Of a DNA stretch of 64,000 nt, positions 48,630 through 58,772 are shown in pieces. Source of the stretch: Fidelibacterota bacterium (lineage in GTDB: Bacteria; Fidelibacterota; UBA8477; JABMPR01); assembly GCA_018673925.1 (NCBI GenBank), contig JABHBL010000088.1:2516-66515 (forward strand), read 5' to 3'. Within the stretch, counting starts at the first letter, position 1. Each line of letters starts with the position of its first letter. The notes below the pieces were generated by a model. The model was given only the letters and a program-made list of their open reading frames with translations. It was not told the origin of the DNA and made no database searches. The translations under genes were made by a program, and so were the position numbers.

Positions 48630-49140
48630 CTTCACTCCTGTAACTCTCAGCCAATTCAACGTAATGTTTCCAGCCTGATTGCATGCGTTGAAACATGTCA
48701 TCATCTATCGTTGCTCTTTGCTTGGCCGGTATGCCTGCCCAGAGTGTCCTGGCCGGGATGTGCTCGTATTCCTTAACTAGGGCACCTGCTGCGACGAGCG
48801 CGGCTTCATCAACCTTGGCCCAGCTTAAAATGGTTGCACCCATACCAATCAGGGCATCATCTCCCACAATGCAACCATGTACTATTGACTGATGGCCAAT
48901 GGTGACACGGTCTCCAATGAGACATGGGCCATCATCGGATTCCACATGCAGGATCGCTCCATCCTGAACATTGACATTTTCACCGATTCTAATTTTATTT
49001 AAATCGCCACGAATAACCACATTATACCAGATACTGGTTCTGGCTCCAATTTCAACATCACCTATAATGACTGCATTCTCAGCAACCCAGGCTCGGGGAT
49101 GTATTTTTGGATTCTTACCATTAAAAGATTTCAAAATCAT
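48607..49140 (-). CDS. Gamma carbonic anhydrase family protein (hexapeptide repeats)
   Basis: IIGDVEIG, IRGD, NVQDGAILH, TIGHQSIVHGC; start MILKSF (49140). Confidence 0.92.
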   Translation of the reverse strand: MILKSFNGKNPKIHPRAWVAENAVIIGDVEIGARTSIWYNVVIRGDLNKIRIGENVNVQDGAILHVESDDGPCLIGDRVTIGHQSIVHGCIVGDDALIGMGATILSWAKVDEAALVAAGALVKEYEHIPARTLWAGIPAKQRATIDDDMFQRMQSGWKHYVELAESYRSEDDTLSDH

Positions 49141-49298
49141 TTGTAAATAGTGCTCCCAATAGAGCATTAAACATAATCGTTGGGGTTACAATTGGAAACA
49201 TAATCAATTTGCTCCAGTTGAGATCTATCTCAGTGGGTATTACCTGCAGCATGCATCTTTTACCAAAATTATGAGCATATTTGAAGATGAATTCTTTT

Positions 49299-49323
49299 AA
49301 TCTTGACTTTTTTGTACAATATG
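49299..49323 (+). promoter_or_regulatory. Putative Rrf2/IscR type-1-like box overlapping a -35 element upstream of sufB
   Basis: AATCTTGACTTTTTTGTACAATATG, 25-bp imperfect palindrome containing TTGACT. Confidence 0.5.
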
Positions 49324-49390
49324 CTTTACTTGGTACGAAATGATTGATAAGAATAACAAAATAGCCCAAAATAATGATGAAAATATCGCC

Positions 49391-50833
49391 ATGAGTGATG
49401 AACAACAAACCATACAAAATATAACAGATCAGGACTACAAATACGGTTTCGTAACCGATATTGAAATGGAAGAATTCCCCAAAGGTCTGGATGAGAATAT
49501 TGTCATAATGATTTCGGCCAAGAAAAATGAGCCGGAGTTTATGACAGAATGGCGACTGAAAGCCTACCGCCATTGGCGTAAGCAAAAAGAACCAAAGTGG
49601 CCAAAACTTGAATATTCTGAAGTTGAATATGAAGATCTGTATTACTACGCCGCTCCGAAAAAGGATGGACCAAAAAGTCTAGATGAAGTTGATCCTGAGC
49701 TGCTAAAAACCTTTGATAAGCTTGGTGTCCCATTGGAAGAACGCGAGCTCCTGGCTGGTGTTGCAGTCGATGCTGTAATTGACAGTGTTTCCGTCGCCAC
49801 AACATTCAAGGGTAAACTGGGCGAGCTAGGTATCATCTTCTGTCCGATTAGCGAAGCCATTCGGGAACATCCTGACTTGGTGAAGAAATATCTCGGCACT
49901 GTGGTTCCTTATACTGATAATTTTTATGCTACTTTAAACTCTGCAGTTTTTAGTGATGGAAGTTTTGTCTACATCCCACCTGGCGTACGCTGTCCCATGG
50001 AACTCTCTAGTTATTTCAGAATTAATGCCTCAAAAACGGGTCAGTTTGAAAGGACCCTCATTGTGGCGGATAAGGGTAGCTATGTTAGTTATCTCGAAGG
50101 TTGTACTGCTCCAATGCGCGATGAAAACCAGTTGCATGCTGCAGTTGTGGAGCTGATTGCACTGGATGATGCAGAGATTAAATATTCAACGGTTCAAAAC
50201 TGGTATGCAGGGAATAAAGAAGGTGTTGGTGGTATTTTCAATTTTGTGACCAAGCGTGGTCTTTGCAGTGGAAAAAACTCCAAGATATCCTGGACACAGG
50301 TTGAGACTGGCTCGGCAATTACCTGGAAGTACCCAAGTTGCATCCTGAAGGGTGATAACTCAGTGGGTGAATTCTATTCAGTAGCGCTGACCAACAATTA
50401 TCAACAGGCTGACACAGGTACCAAGATGATCCATCAGGGTAAGAACACCCGAAGTCTCATTATTTCTAAGGGTATATCTGCTGGCAAAAGCAATAATGCT
50501 TACAGGGGTTTGGTCAAGGTGAATAGCAAGTCTGAAAATGCCCGAAACTACTCCCAGTGTGATTCTCTGCTTATAGGGGATCAATGTGGTGCTCACACCT
50601 ATCCATATCTGGAAATTGAGAATCCAACTGCCCAGGTGGAACACGAAGCCACCACTTCAAAAGTATCTGAAGATCAAATATTTTATTTAAATCAGCGGGG
50701 AATTTCTACCGAGGATGCTGTTGGAATGATTGTCTCCGGTTATGCCAGAGAAGTCTTTCAACAACTGCCCATGGAATTTGCTGTAGAAGCCCAGGCTTTG
50801 ATGTCTGTGAGCCTTGAAGGCTCAGTTGGTTAG
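49391..50833 (+). CDS. sufB: Fe-S cluster assembly protein SufB
   Basis: [42 protein letters not shown]; start placed at MSDEQ (49391). Confidence 0.97.
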   Translation: MSDEQQTIQNITDQDYKYGFVTDIEMEEFPKGLDENIVIMISAKKNEPEFMTEWRLKAYRHWRKQKEPKWPKLEYSEVEYEDLYYYAAPKKDGPKSLDEVDPELLKTFDKLGVPLEERELLAGVAVDAVIDSVSVATTFKGKLGELGIIFCPISEAIREHPDLVKKYLGTVVPYTDNFYATLNSAVFSDGSFVYIPPGVRCPMELSSYFRINASKTGQFERTLIVADKGSYVSYLEGCTAPMRDENQLHAAVVELIALDDAEIKYSTVQNWYAGNKEGVGGIFNFVTKRGLCSGKNSKISWTQVETGSAITWKYPSCILKGDNSVGEFYSVALTNNYQQADTGTKMIHQGKNTRSLIISKGISAGKSNNAYRGLVKVNSKSENARNYSQCDSLLIGDQCGAHTYPYLEIENPTAQVEHEATTSKVSEDQIFYLNQRGISTEDAVGMIVSGYAREVFQQLPMEFAVEAQALMSVSLEGSVG

Positions 50834-50857
50834 AACGTTTTAGGAGAATTTTAGTAG

Positions 50858-51616
50858 ATGTTATCCATCAAAAATTTACAAGTATCTGTTGAGGAAAAAC
50901 CCATTCTAAAAGGGCTAAACCTTGAGGTCAAACCTGGTGAAATCCATGCCATCATGGGGCCAAATGGTTCAGGAAAAAGTACGCTAGCTCATGTTCTCTC
51001 TGGACGTGAAGGATATAGCGTTGATGCAGGTTCTGCTCAGTACAAGGGTTTAGACTTGTTGGACATGGCACCAGAAATTCGTGCTCGGGAGGGGATGTTT
51101 TTAGCATTCCAGTACCCCATTGAAATTCCCGGTGTGAATAACACTTCCTTTTTGAAAAAAGCATTAAATGAAATCCGTAAACACCGCGGCGAAGAAGAAT
51201 TGGATGCCATTGATTTCTTGAGCCTCATTAAAAAGCAGATGAAGCTGGTGGAAATGAAAGAGGAGCTCCTCAAGCGACCTGTGAACCAGGGTTTTTCTGG
51301 TGGAGAAAAGAAACGGAATGAAATTCTACAAATGGCAGTGTTGAATCCCACCCTTGCTATTTTGGATGAGACTGATTCAGGTCTAGATATCGATGCCTTG
51401 CGTATTGTAGCAGGTGGTGTCAATAAATTGCGTTCCGCAGACAATTCCTTTGTTGTCATCACCCATTATCAGCGACTCCTGGATTATATCGTACCTGATT
51501 TCGTTCATGTATTATCCAATGGTCAGATTATTAAGTCCGGTACCAAAGAACTGGCGCTTGAGCTTGAAGAACGCGGTTATGACTGGTTGCTTGAAGAAGC
51601 TGAGTCAAAGGCTTAG
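50858..51616 (+). CDS. sufC: Fe-S cluster assembly ATPase SufC
   Basis: [41 protein letters not shown]. Confidence 0.97.
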   Translation: MLSIKNLQVSVEEKPILKGLNLEVKPGEIHAIMGPNGSGKSTLAHVLSGREGYSVDAGSAQYKGLDLLDMAPEIRAREGMFLAFQYPIEIPGVNNTSFLKKALNEIRKHRGEEELDAIDFLSLIKKQMKLVEMKEELLKRPVNQGFSGGEKKRNEILQMAVLNPTLAILDETDSGLDIDALRIVAGGVNKLRSADNSFVVITHYQRLLDYIVPDFVHVLSNGQIIKSGTKELALELEERGYDWLLEEAESKA

Positions 51617-51630
51617 ATGGGGCACATATA

Positions 51631-52953
51631 GTGGCACAGTTAACAAATAATTTTTCAGAATGGATCAGCCAACAGGTTGATAGCGAATCTTCATTTGCTT
51701 TCTCTGAAGCGGTGAGATCGCCCTCCCTTTCTAAACTAACTCATGGTGTTTTCCCTACTCGCAAAGATGAGGAGTGGAAATACACACCCATTGGTGATTT
51801 GCTTGATACAAGACCTGGTGAAGATACCACAGAGGTTTTGGATCTTGAAACTATTGATGAATTGAAGCAAGCCATGCCATCAGCCCACACCATAGTCTTT
51901 TTAAATGGTGAATATTCCCAAGAGTATTCTGATAGTCACACTGCACTTAGAGATTCAGGATTGAGCATCTCCCCTCTGCCACAGTTGGAGGGTACTGCAC
52001 TTAAACGAGCTGAAGACACAATACTCGAGTCTGCTTTAACTGATGACAACATTTTCCAGCATATCGCGTTGGGTTTATCTCAAAATGGACTATTCATTGA
52101 GGTAAATAAGAATACTGAATGCCAGACACCTATTCATGTTATATATATAAACACCGCTCGGGGTGTGACTGCATTTGCCAGTCCCGTCAACGTCATCAGG
52201 GTCGCAAACAATAGTCATTTAAAGGTTGTTGAACAATATGCTTCACTAGGAGAGGCTGCAGTTATCACCGTTCCTGCAAGCTATATTCATTTAGAAGATG
52301 GTGCAGGTCTTGACTATTACAAAATCAGCGTTGAGAACGCTGCGACGAACCATATTTGCAACACATCAGTGAGAGTTGGTGGCTCAGGAGTCTTCAGGTC
52401 ACACCAGTATCTTCTGGGTTCAAATCTTACCCGATCCAATCTAGAGGTAAGTTTTACTGGACCAGGTGCAGAAGCTGTACTCCGGGGAGTTTACCTGGGT
52501 GATGATAATCAGCACCTTGATGTCAGAACTTATCTTGACCATGCCCAGCCTCATTGTAGCAGTAATCAGCATTTCCGTGGTATTCTAAACGGACATTCCA
52601 GAGGGGTCTTTAATGGATTGGTTCTGGTGCGGGAGCATGCTCAGAAAACGGATGCACAACAATCCAATAAGAACCTACTGCTCTCGAGGGATGCCAGGGT
52701 TGACACAAAACCTCAATTGGAAATCTTTGCTGATGATGTGAAATGTGCCCACGGTGCTACCGTCGGTGAATTGGATTCGAATGCTTTATTCTATCTGCAA
52801 TCCAGGGGAATAAATAAAAAAGATGCTGCCCTCATGCTTACTCGGGCTTTTGCAGCAGAGGTCACACAGGAAATTGATATCGATTCGCTGCGAAACTATG
52901 TCCAGGACAAAATTTCAACCTCATTAGATGAGATAGTGATTCCCAGTGTTTGA
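51631..52953 (+). CDS. sufD: Fe-S cluster assembly protein SufD
   Basis: PTRKDEEWKYT, AQKTDAQQ, KPQLEIFADDVKCAHGATVG. Confidence 0.95.
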   Translation: MAQLTNNFSEWISQQVDSESSFAFSEAVRSPSLSKLTHGVFPTRKDEEWKYTPIGDLLDTRPGEDTTEVLDLETIDELKQAMPSAHTIVFLNGEYSQEYSDSHTALRDSGLSISPLPQLEGTALKRAEDTILESALTDDNIFQHIALGLSQNGLFIEVNKNTECQTPIHVIYINTARGVTAFASPVNVIRVANNSHLKVVEQYASLGEAAVITVPASYIHLEDGAGLDYYKISVENAATNHICNTSVRVGGSGVFRSHQYLLGSNLTRSNLEVSFTGPGAEAVLRGVYLGDDNQHLDVRTYLDHAQPHCSSNQHFRGILNGHSRGVFNGLVLVREHAQKTDAQQSNKNLLLSRDARVDTKPQLEIFADDVKCAHGATVGELDSNALFYLQSRGINKKDAALMLTRAFAAEVTQEIDIDSLRNYVQDKISTSLDEIVIPSV

Positions 52954-54163
52954 CGTCAATAAAGTTCGCTCTGATTTCCCCATACTTGGGACCACGGTTT
53001 ATGGCAAACCACTTGTATACGCTGATAATGCCGCTTCTACTCAAAAACCTCAGCAAGTTATAGATTCTATTACAGAATTATACTCGAATCATTATGCGAA
53101 TATCCACAGAGGCGTTCATCACCTTAGTCAGAAGTCTACTGCACTATATGAAGCTGCCCGTGAAACTGTAAAAAACTTTATCAATGCTCGTCAGGTCGAA
53201 GAGATCGTTTTTGTCCGTGGGACAACTGAAGGGGTTAATCTGGTGGCGAGCAGCTATCTGGAGCCTCGGTTAGAGCCTGGTGATGAGATATTGATTTCTG
53301 AGATGGAACATCACTCTAATATTATTCCCTGGCAATTGACAGCAGAACGAACTGGCGCCTTTTTAAAGATCATTCCCCTACTGGAAAATGGGGACTTGGA
53401 TCTAAGTGCACTACCTGATCTAATAAATTCAAAGGTAAAGCTTGTTGCTGTCACACACATGTCTAATTCTCTAGGGACTATTAACGATGTGTCTCGCATT
53501 ATTGAGCAAGCCCATGCTTTTGATATTCCTGTTTTGATAGATGGAGCTCAATCAATTGCACATATGCCCATCGATGTGCAAAAGCTAGACTGTGATTTCT
53601 TTGTGTTTTCAGGTCATAAAATATATGGACCCACAGGTATTGGAGCCCTCTACGCCAAGGAAAATCATTTACTCAACATGGAGCCATATCAAGGTGGTGG
53701 AGATATGATCCTGAATGTCAGTTTCGAGAAAACTGAGTACAATGACATTCCTTACAAGTTTGAAGCTGGCACGCCTAACATTGAAGGTACCATTGGCATG
53801 GCGGCTGCGCTCAAATATGTATCCGAGTTGGGTATTGAAGCCATAGACGAGTATGAGCAGGAATTATTAGCCTATGCTGCTAAACAGTTCTCTCAGATTG
53901 AGGGACTGAAGATTATCGGGACAGCACCCAAAAAGGGAAGCATCATCTCATTTGTTCTGGATGGTATTCATCCTCACGATGTGGGAACCATTATGGATAT
54001 GGAGGGTGTTGCTGTAAGAACTGGCCATCACTGTACTCAACCCGTTATGGATTGCTATAACATCCCTGCCACAACCAGGGTATCACTCTCTTTCTATAAT
54101 ACAGTTGATGAGGTTGATCAAATAGCCAAGGCGATTACCAAGGTAAAGGAGCTCATGGGCTAA
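52946..54163 (+). CDS. sufS: Cysteine desulfurase SufS
   Basis: DNAASTQKP, EHHSNIIPWQ, FSGHKIYGPTGIG, RTGHHC. Confidence 0.96.
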   Translation: MFDVNKVRSDFPILGTTVYGKPLVYADNAASTQKPQQVIDSITELYSNHYANIHRGVHHLSQKSTALYEAARETVKNFINARQVEEIVFVRGTTEGVNLVASSYLEPRLEPGDEILISEMEHHSNIIPWQLTAERTGAFLKIIPLLENGDLDLSALPDLINSKVKLVAVTHMSNSLGTINDVSRIIEQAHAFDIPVLIDGAQSIAHMPIDVQKLDCDFFVFSGHKIYGPTGIGALYAKENHLLNMEPYQGGGDMILNVSFEKTEYNDIPYKFEAGTPNIEGTIGMAAALKYVSELGIEAIDEYEQELLAYAAKQFSQIEGLKIIGTAPKKGSIISFVLDGIHPHDVGTIMDMEGVAVRTGHHCTQPVMDCYNIPATTRVSLSFYNTVDEVDQIAKAITKVKELMG

Positions 54164-54615
54164 TGTCAGAATTGAGAGAGTTGTATCAGGAAGTCATCCT
54201 GGACCACAATAAAAATCCTCGGAATTTCAAGAAACTCGATCTGCATTCCCATCATGCAAATGGACACAATCCACTCTGCGGTGACAAACTGGAACTTTTC
54301 CTTGATGTGGTTGAAGGCATTATTACTGATATTTCCTTTGTTGGTAGCGGTTGTGCAATATCCACGTCATCTGCTAGTCTCATGACCCAGTTTCTCAAGG
54401 GAAAGTCTATCGAGGAAACGCGCCACTATTTTGATAATTTTCATGATCTAGTTACAGGAAAAGAGCTGGATGATGAAGCCCTGGAAGGACTAGGAAAGTT
54501 AGCTGTTTTCGCTGGTGTGCAGGAGTTCCCTGCTCGAGTTAAGTGTGCCAGTCTTTCCTGGCATACCCTCATCAATGCTCTGGATAGTGTCGATGAACCT
54601 GCTGCAACGGAATAG
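54163..54615 (+). CDS. sufU: SufU-type sulfur transfer/scaffold protein
   Basis: LYQEVILDH, NPLCGD, GCAISTSSAS, RVKCA. Confidence 0.95.
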   Translation: MSELRELYQEVILDHNKNPRNFKKLDLHSHHANGHNPLCGDKLELFLDVVEGIITDISFVGSGCAISTSSASLMTQFLKGKSIEETRHYFDNFHDLVTGKELDDEALEGLGKLAVFAGVQEFPARVKCASLSWHTLINALDSVDEPAATE

Positions 54616-54636
54616 ATAAATAATTGGATTCAATAT

Positions 54637-54972
54637 ATGAATGATAATTTGCCAGAAATTGATCTCAAGGAAATTGAGGATAAGATCGTCTCCACGATAA
54701 AGACTATCTACGATCCTGAGATACCGGTCAACATCTATGACCTGGGATTGATATATGATGTAAAGGTCACTGAAGAACTTGAAGCCTATGTAAAAATGAC
54801 TTTGACTGCACCAAACTGCCCGGTTGCTGGTTCATTACCGGTATCTGTTAAACAGCAGATTCTCCAGGAAGTTGATGAATTGGAGTTTGCTGATGTAGAG
54901 GTTGTCTGGGAACCTCAATGGCACAAAGACATGATTAGTGAGGCTGGTTTACTCCAACTCGGTTTACTCTAA
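54637..54972 (+). CDS. sufT: SufT / DUF59 Fe-S assembly protein
   Basis: YDPEIPVNIYDLGLIY, MTLTAPNCP, WEPQW. Confidence 0.9.
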   Translation: MNDNLPEIDLKEIEDKIVSTIKTIYDPEIPVNIYDLGLIYDVKVTEELEAYVKMTLTAPNCPVAGSLPVSVKQQILQEVDELEFADVEVVWEPQWHKDMISEAGLLQLGLL

Positions 54973-54973
54973 A

Positions 54974-55450
54974 ATGAAACTTAGCGCTCAAGAAGAATAC
55001 GGTATCCGTTGTTTGCTCCATATTGGTCGCAAGACTGAGATGGGTGGCAGCAGTATATCGACCATAAGCAAAGCAGAAAAAATCACCCCCAGCAATACAG
55101 CTAAACTGGTTCGCATTCTACGCATGAATGGATTTGTTGAAAGCAGTCGTGGAAAAGATGGTGGTTACACCTTGGCCAAGGCACCTGAAGATATTTTACT
55201 TAGCGAAGTTTTTGAGGTCCTGGGTGGAAAATTATTTGGCGAGGGCTTCTGTGATCACTATGCCGGAACCGGAAATGTTTGTGCTCATTTCGATCATTGT
55301 ACGGTGAGATCTTTCTGGTGCGCTATCCAATCTGTCCTGGACCACGTGCTTAGCCAAACCACTTTGAAGCATCTTATGGACCCAACAGGATTGGGTTGGT
55401 GGGAGACTTGTTTGACGGCAAACCCTCTTTTATCACAAGAGTCATCTTAA
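54974..55450 (+). CDS. Rrf2-family regulator with three Cys (IscR-like)
   Basis: MKLSAQEEYGIRCL, SSRGKDGGYTLA, C-x9-C-x5-C (CDHYAGTGNVCAHFDHC); start at ATG 54974. Confidence 0.9.
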   Translation: MKLSAQEEYGIRCLLHIGRKTEMGGSSISTISKAEKITPSNTAKLVRILRMNGFVESSRGKDGGYTLAKAPEDILLSEVFEVLGGKLFGEGFCDHYAGTGNVCAHFDHCTVRSFWCAIQSVLDHVLSQTTLKHLMDPTGLGWWETCLTANPLLSQESS

Positions 55451-55652
55451 TATTTATTAATAGTTTATACCCACTTCATCACTGATGAGTCATCCTAGAT
55501 GTGACATATCGGACCCTGGAAATAAAATATTACAATTGTCGTATTTATACTACACAATCAACATTTTTCGCCTATATTAAATCCTTCCCTCAACAATTGA
55601 TGGGATCATTTGGAAAAGTGACTTAAAAATCTGCACATGGTAAGAAGCGAGT

Positions 55653-57038
55653 ATGAACAGTAAGCAAAAAAATCACGCCCGGGTGCTCATCGTAGATGAT
55701 GAGCCAGACATCACTCATCTTTTTGAGAACTTCTTAAGTGATCTTGGATATGACATTTCCACAGCCACTGAGCCTGAAGAGGCAATAGAACTTTTCGAGA
55801 AAGAAGATTTTGATGTAGCTGTCCTTGACATCAACATGCCACGAATCAGTGGTCTGAAATTATTGGAACAATTCAAGCAAACGAATCCCCAGCTTATTGT
55901 CATTATGGTAAGTGCCATACAGGATACCGATATTGTTGTCAAATGTATTCAGCATGGTGCTTATGATTATCTAGCTAAACCGATTATTGACTTAAACCAA
56001 TTACAGATTCGAATTTCACGCGGACTTTCTGAAAAGCGGATCCGCAGTGAAAATATTGCATTAAAGAAGGAACTGAAGCGACATACTGATTTTCTAGAAA
56101 TCGAAGCTCATTCTGCAGTCATGCAGAAAATTCTCGAAAAGATCAGCACGGTAGCTGATTACAACACGACAGTTCTGCTAACTGGTGAATCTGGTACCGG
56201 TAAGGAAGTTGCCGCTCGTCTGGTTCATCAGCAGAGCCGCAATGTTCGTGGATCATTTATCCCGATTAACTGTGGAAGTATTCCAGGAACCCTCTTAGAG
56301 AGTACACTCTTTGGACATGAGAAGGGTTCATTCACAGGCGCTAACGAGCGTAAAAAAGGAGTTTTCGAAGAATCTCATAATGGGACCATTTTCCTGGATG
56401 AGATCACTGAAACCACACCGGAATTTCAAATACAGTTGCTAAGAGTGCTTGAATCAAGCACGATTCGCCGTGTAGGTGGGAATACTGAAATCCCCCTCAA
56501 CCTGCGTGTGGTAGCAGCAACCAATCAAAATATTGCAGAGCTAGTGAAGTTGGGGAGATTTCGCGAAGATTTATATTTTCGTCTGAATGTTTTTCATATA
56601 GAAATACCCCCGCTGCGAGATCGAAGAGAAGACCTACCCGTGATCATTGAGTATCACTTAAAACGCCTGTCCGGCGCCATGGGCAAGAACGTCACTCGAA
56701 TTGCTCCCAAGGCATTTCAAGTATTCAATACCCATGATTGGCCAGGTAATATCCGTGAATTGGTGAATGTTTTAGAAAATGCTATGATAATGTGTAAAGG
56801 TGATTCCATCTCTGTTTCGGATTTGCCAACACACCTATTAAGCGGTGGTAGCACCATGGTTCTCAATCAGAATAATATGGTTGATAATTATGCTGATGCG
56901 AAAGAAGAGTTTGAAAGGATATATTTTCAAGCACTTCTGCAGCAAGCCGAGTTGAATATTAGTAAGGCTGCCCAATCTGCAGGTTTGAGTCGTCAACATC
57001 TGCATTTAAAGTTAAAAAAACTGGGCATCCAGAACTGA
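55653..57038 (+). CDS. Sigma54-dependent response regulator (NtrC/PilR-like)
   Basis: REC, GESGTGKE, FGHEKGSFTGA, FLDEI, FREDLYFRL, WPGNIREL, Fis-type HTH. Confidence 0.94.
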   Translation: MNSKQKNHARVLIVDDEPDITHLFENFLSDLGYDISTATEPEEAIELFEKEDFDVAVLDINMPRISGLKLLEQFKQTNPQLIVIMVSAIQDTDIVVKCIQHGAYDYLAKPIIDLNQLQIRISRGLSEKRIRSENIALKKELKRHTDFLEIEAHSAVMQKILEKISTVADYNTTVLLTGESGTGKEVAARLVHQQSRNVRGSFIPINCGSIPGTLLESTLFGHEKGSFTGANERKKGVFEESHNGTIFLDEITETTPEFQIQLLRVLESSTIRRVGGNTEIPLNLRVVAATNQNIAELVKLGRFREDLYFRLNVFHIEIPPLRDRREDLPVIIEYHLKRLSGAMGKNVTRIAPKAFQVFNTHDWPGNIRELVNVLENAMIMCKGDSISVSDLPTHLLSGGSTMVLNQNNMVDNYADAKEEFERIYFQALLQQAELNISKAAQSAGLSRQHLHLKLKKLGIQN

Positions 57039-57167
57039 TATTTATATCGATTTTTCTACTGCAGGTAACATAATAGCAACATATTCCCCTTTTTACATTC
57101 GCTCAATGTTGTTTACATTACATAGCTTATGATTAATTAATTGCAAGCGTAGCAACTGAGAAAGTAG

Positions 57168-58772
57168 ATGGAACTAGTTAAAGAAGAAACCTCCCCAAGC
57201 CTAGGCGCAATACAGGCTGAAGGAATTTCAGAAATCTATGGTACCTTTGGTCTGAAAATGACCAGCTTAAAAGGTATAGCCTCTTTTGCGACTGGAATGG
57301 CCCTCAAAATCTCCGAAGAAGTCTGTCAATTTCATCAAATTGTTCCCATTGATGTCAAAGATGATGGCACTGTTGTTATTGCCATGGCAGATCCACTTGA
57401 TATGGTTGCCGTCCAGATTATCCGCGCCAAGGTTAAGCAGGATATAGCAACCGTATGGGCTGACTCTGATGAAATTGAGTTCGCCATTGGTTCTATTTTC
57501 TCTGATAAAAATACTTTTGAAGACACACTTCAGGATCTGGTCGAGGTTGAAGATGACCTGGAAGAGGAAGAAGAAGTTGATGAAGATAGTATTGATATTC
57601 TTCGAACACAGGCAACTGACGCCCCTGCTGTAGTATTTGTTAACTCACTCCTGGTACAGTCGATTCAGGAACGAGCCAGTGATATCCACATTGAACCCCA
57701 GGAAAACAATCTTCGAATACGTTTGAGAATTGATGGAATGTTACGTGAATTCCCTCCAGCAAATCGGCGTCTGCAATCTGGTGTCATAGCCAGAATCAAA
57801 ATTTTAGCTGATCTTGATATCGCAGAACGGCGTATCCCACAGGATGGTCGAGTCAAGTTTAAGATTATGGGGCGTAGTGTCGATGTCCGTTGTTCCACCA
57901 TTCCAGGCATTTATGGTGAAAAAATTGTTATGCGTATCCTTGATCAGGGATCAACATCCTTGAATCTTGATGATTTAGGATTTGATGATCATAAACTCGT
58001 GCTTCTGAAAGAAAAGGCCAACGCAGCGAATGGTATGATCCTGGTTACTGGACCTACTGGGTCTGGAAAAACTACAACCCTCTATTCTGTTCTTAATTAT
58101 GTAAATAGTCCCCAGTTGAACATTATCACAGTGGAAGACCCGGTTGAGTACAGATTGGAAGGAATTAACCAGGTCCAAGCTCGTCCCAATGTGGGATTAA
58201 CCTTTGCTTCCGCATTGAGATCAATTTTGCGACAGGATCCAGATATTGTCATGGTTGGTGAAATTCGAGATCTTGAAACTGCTGAAATCGCTATTAAGGC
58301 TGCGCTTACCGGTCATATGGTATTAAGTACCCTGCACACAAATAATGCCGTTGCAACCATCATTCGTTTGCTTAATATGGGGATTGATAAGTATTTGATT
58401 GTATCTTCTGTGTCAGTGATTGTGGCCCAGAGATTGGTAAGAAGGGTCTGTACGAGTTGTCGTGAGCCTGTAGAGCCCACTGAAGATATCAAAATGTTTA
58501 TGGAGCGGCAGGGTATCGACTTAGCAAAATCAACCTTTTACAAAGGTAAGGGATGCAAGCAATGTTCCGGGTCTGGTTTTTGGGGTCGCATGGGAATCCA
58601 TGAAATACTATTTATGAATCCGACTATTAAAGAGCTCATCATCAATGATGCATCTGAAATGGAAATTAGAGAGGCTGCCCAAGAAGCGGGTACGGGGACA
58701 CTGTTTGAAGAGGGTTTGATCAGAGCAGAAAAGGGTATGACTACTTTAGAGGAAGTTATCAGGGTCGCCTAG
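57168..58772 (+). CDS. pilB: Type IV pilus / T2SS assembly ATPase (PilB/GspE)
   Basis: ASDIHIEP, ERRIPQDGR, GPTGSGKTTT, TVEDPVE, LRQDPD, STLHTN, CxxC..CxxC. Confidence 0.93.
   Translation: MELVKEETSPSLGAIQAEGISEIYGTFGLKMTSLKGIASFATGMALKISEEVCQFHQIVPIDVKDDGTVVIAMADPLDMVAVQIIRAKVKQDIATVWADSDEIEFAIGSIFSDKNTFEDTLQDLVEVEDDLEEEEEVDEDSIDILRTQATDAPAVVFVNSLLVQSIQERASDIHIEPQENNLRIRLRIDGMLREFPPANRRLQSGVIARIKILADLDIAERRIPQDGRVKFKIMGRSVDVRCSTIPGIYGEKIVMRILDQGSTSLNLDDLGFDDHKLVLLKEKANAANGMILVTGPTGSGKTTTLYSVLNYVNSPQLNIITVEDPVEYRLEGINQVQARPNVGLTFASALRSILRQDPDIVMVGEIRDLETAEIAIKAALTGHMVLSTLHTNNAVATIIRLLNMGIDKYLIVSSVSVIVAQRLVRRVCTSCREPVEPTEDIKMFMERQGIDLAKSTFYKGKGCKQCSGSGFWGRMGIHEILFMNPTIKELIINDASEMEIREAAQEAGTGTLFEEGLIRAEKGMTTLEEVIRVA

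Noticed and set aside
49121..49585. 154-aa minus-strand ORF
   Set aside because: Antisense to sufB and its promoter, with no recognisable motifs.
55482..55510. Hammerhead ribozyme-like core CTGATGA followed by a GTCA/TGAC stem
   Set aside because: The stem is followed by ATAT rather than the required GAAA, and no stems I/III with a cleavage triplet are evident.
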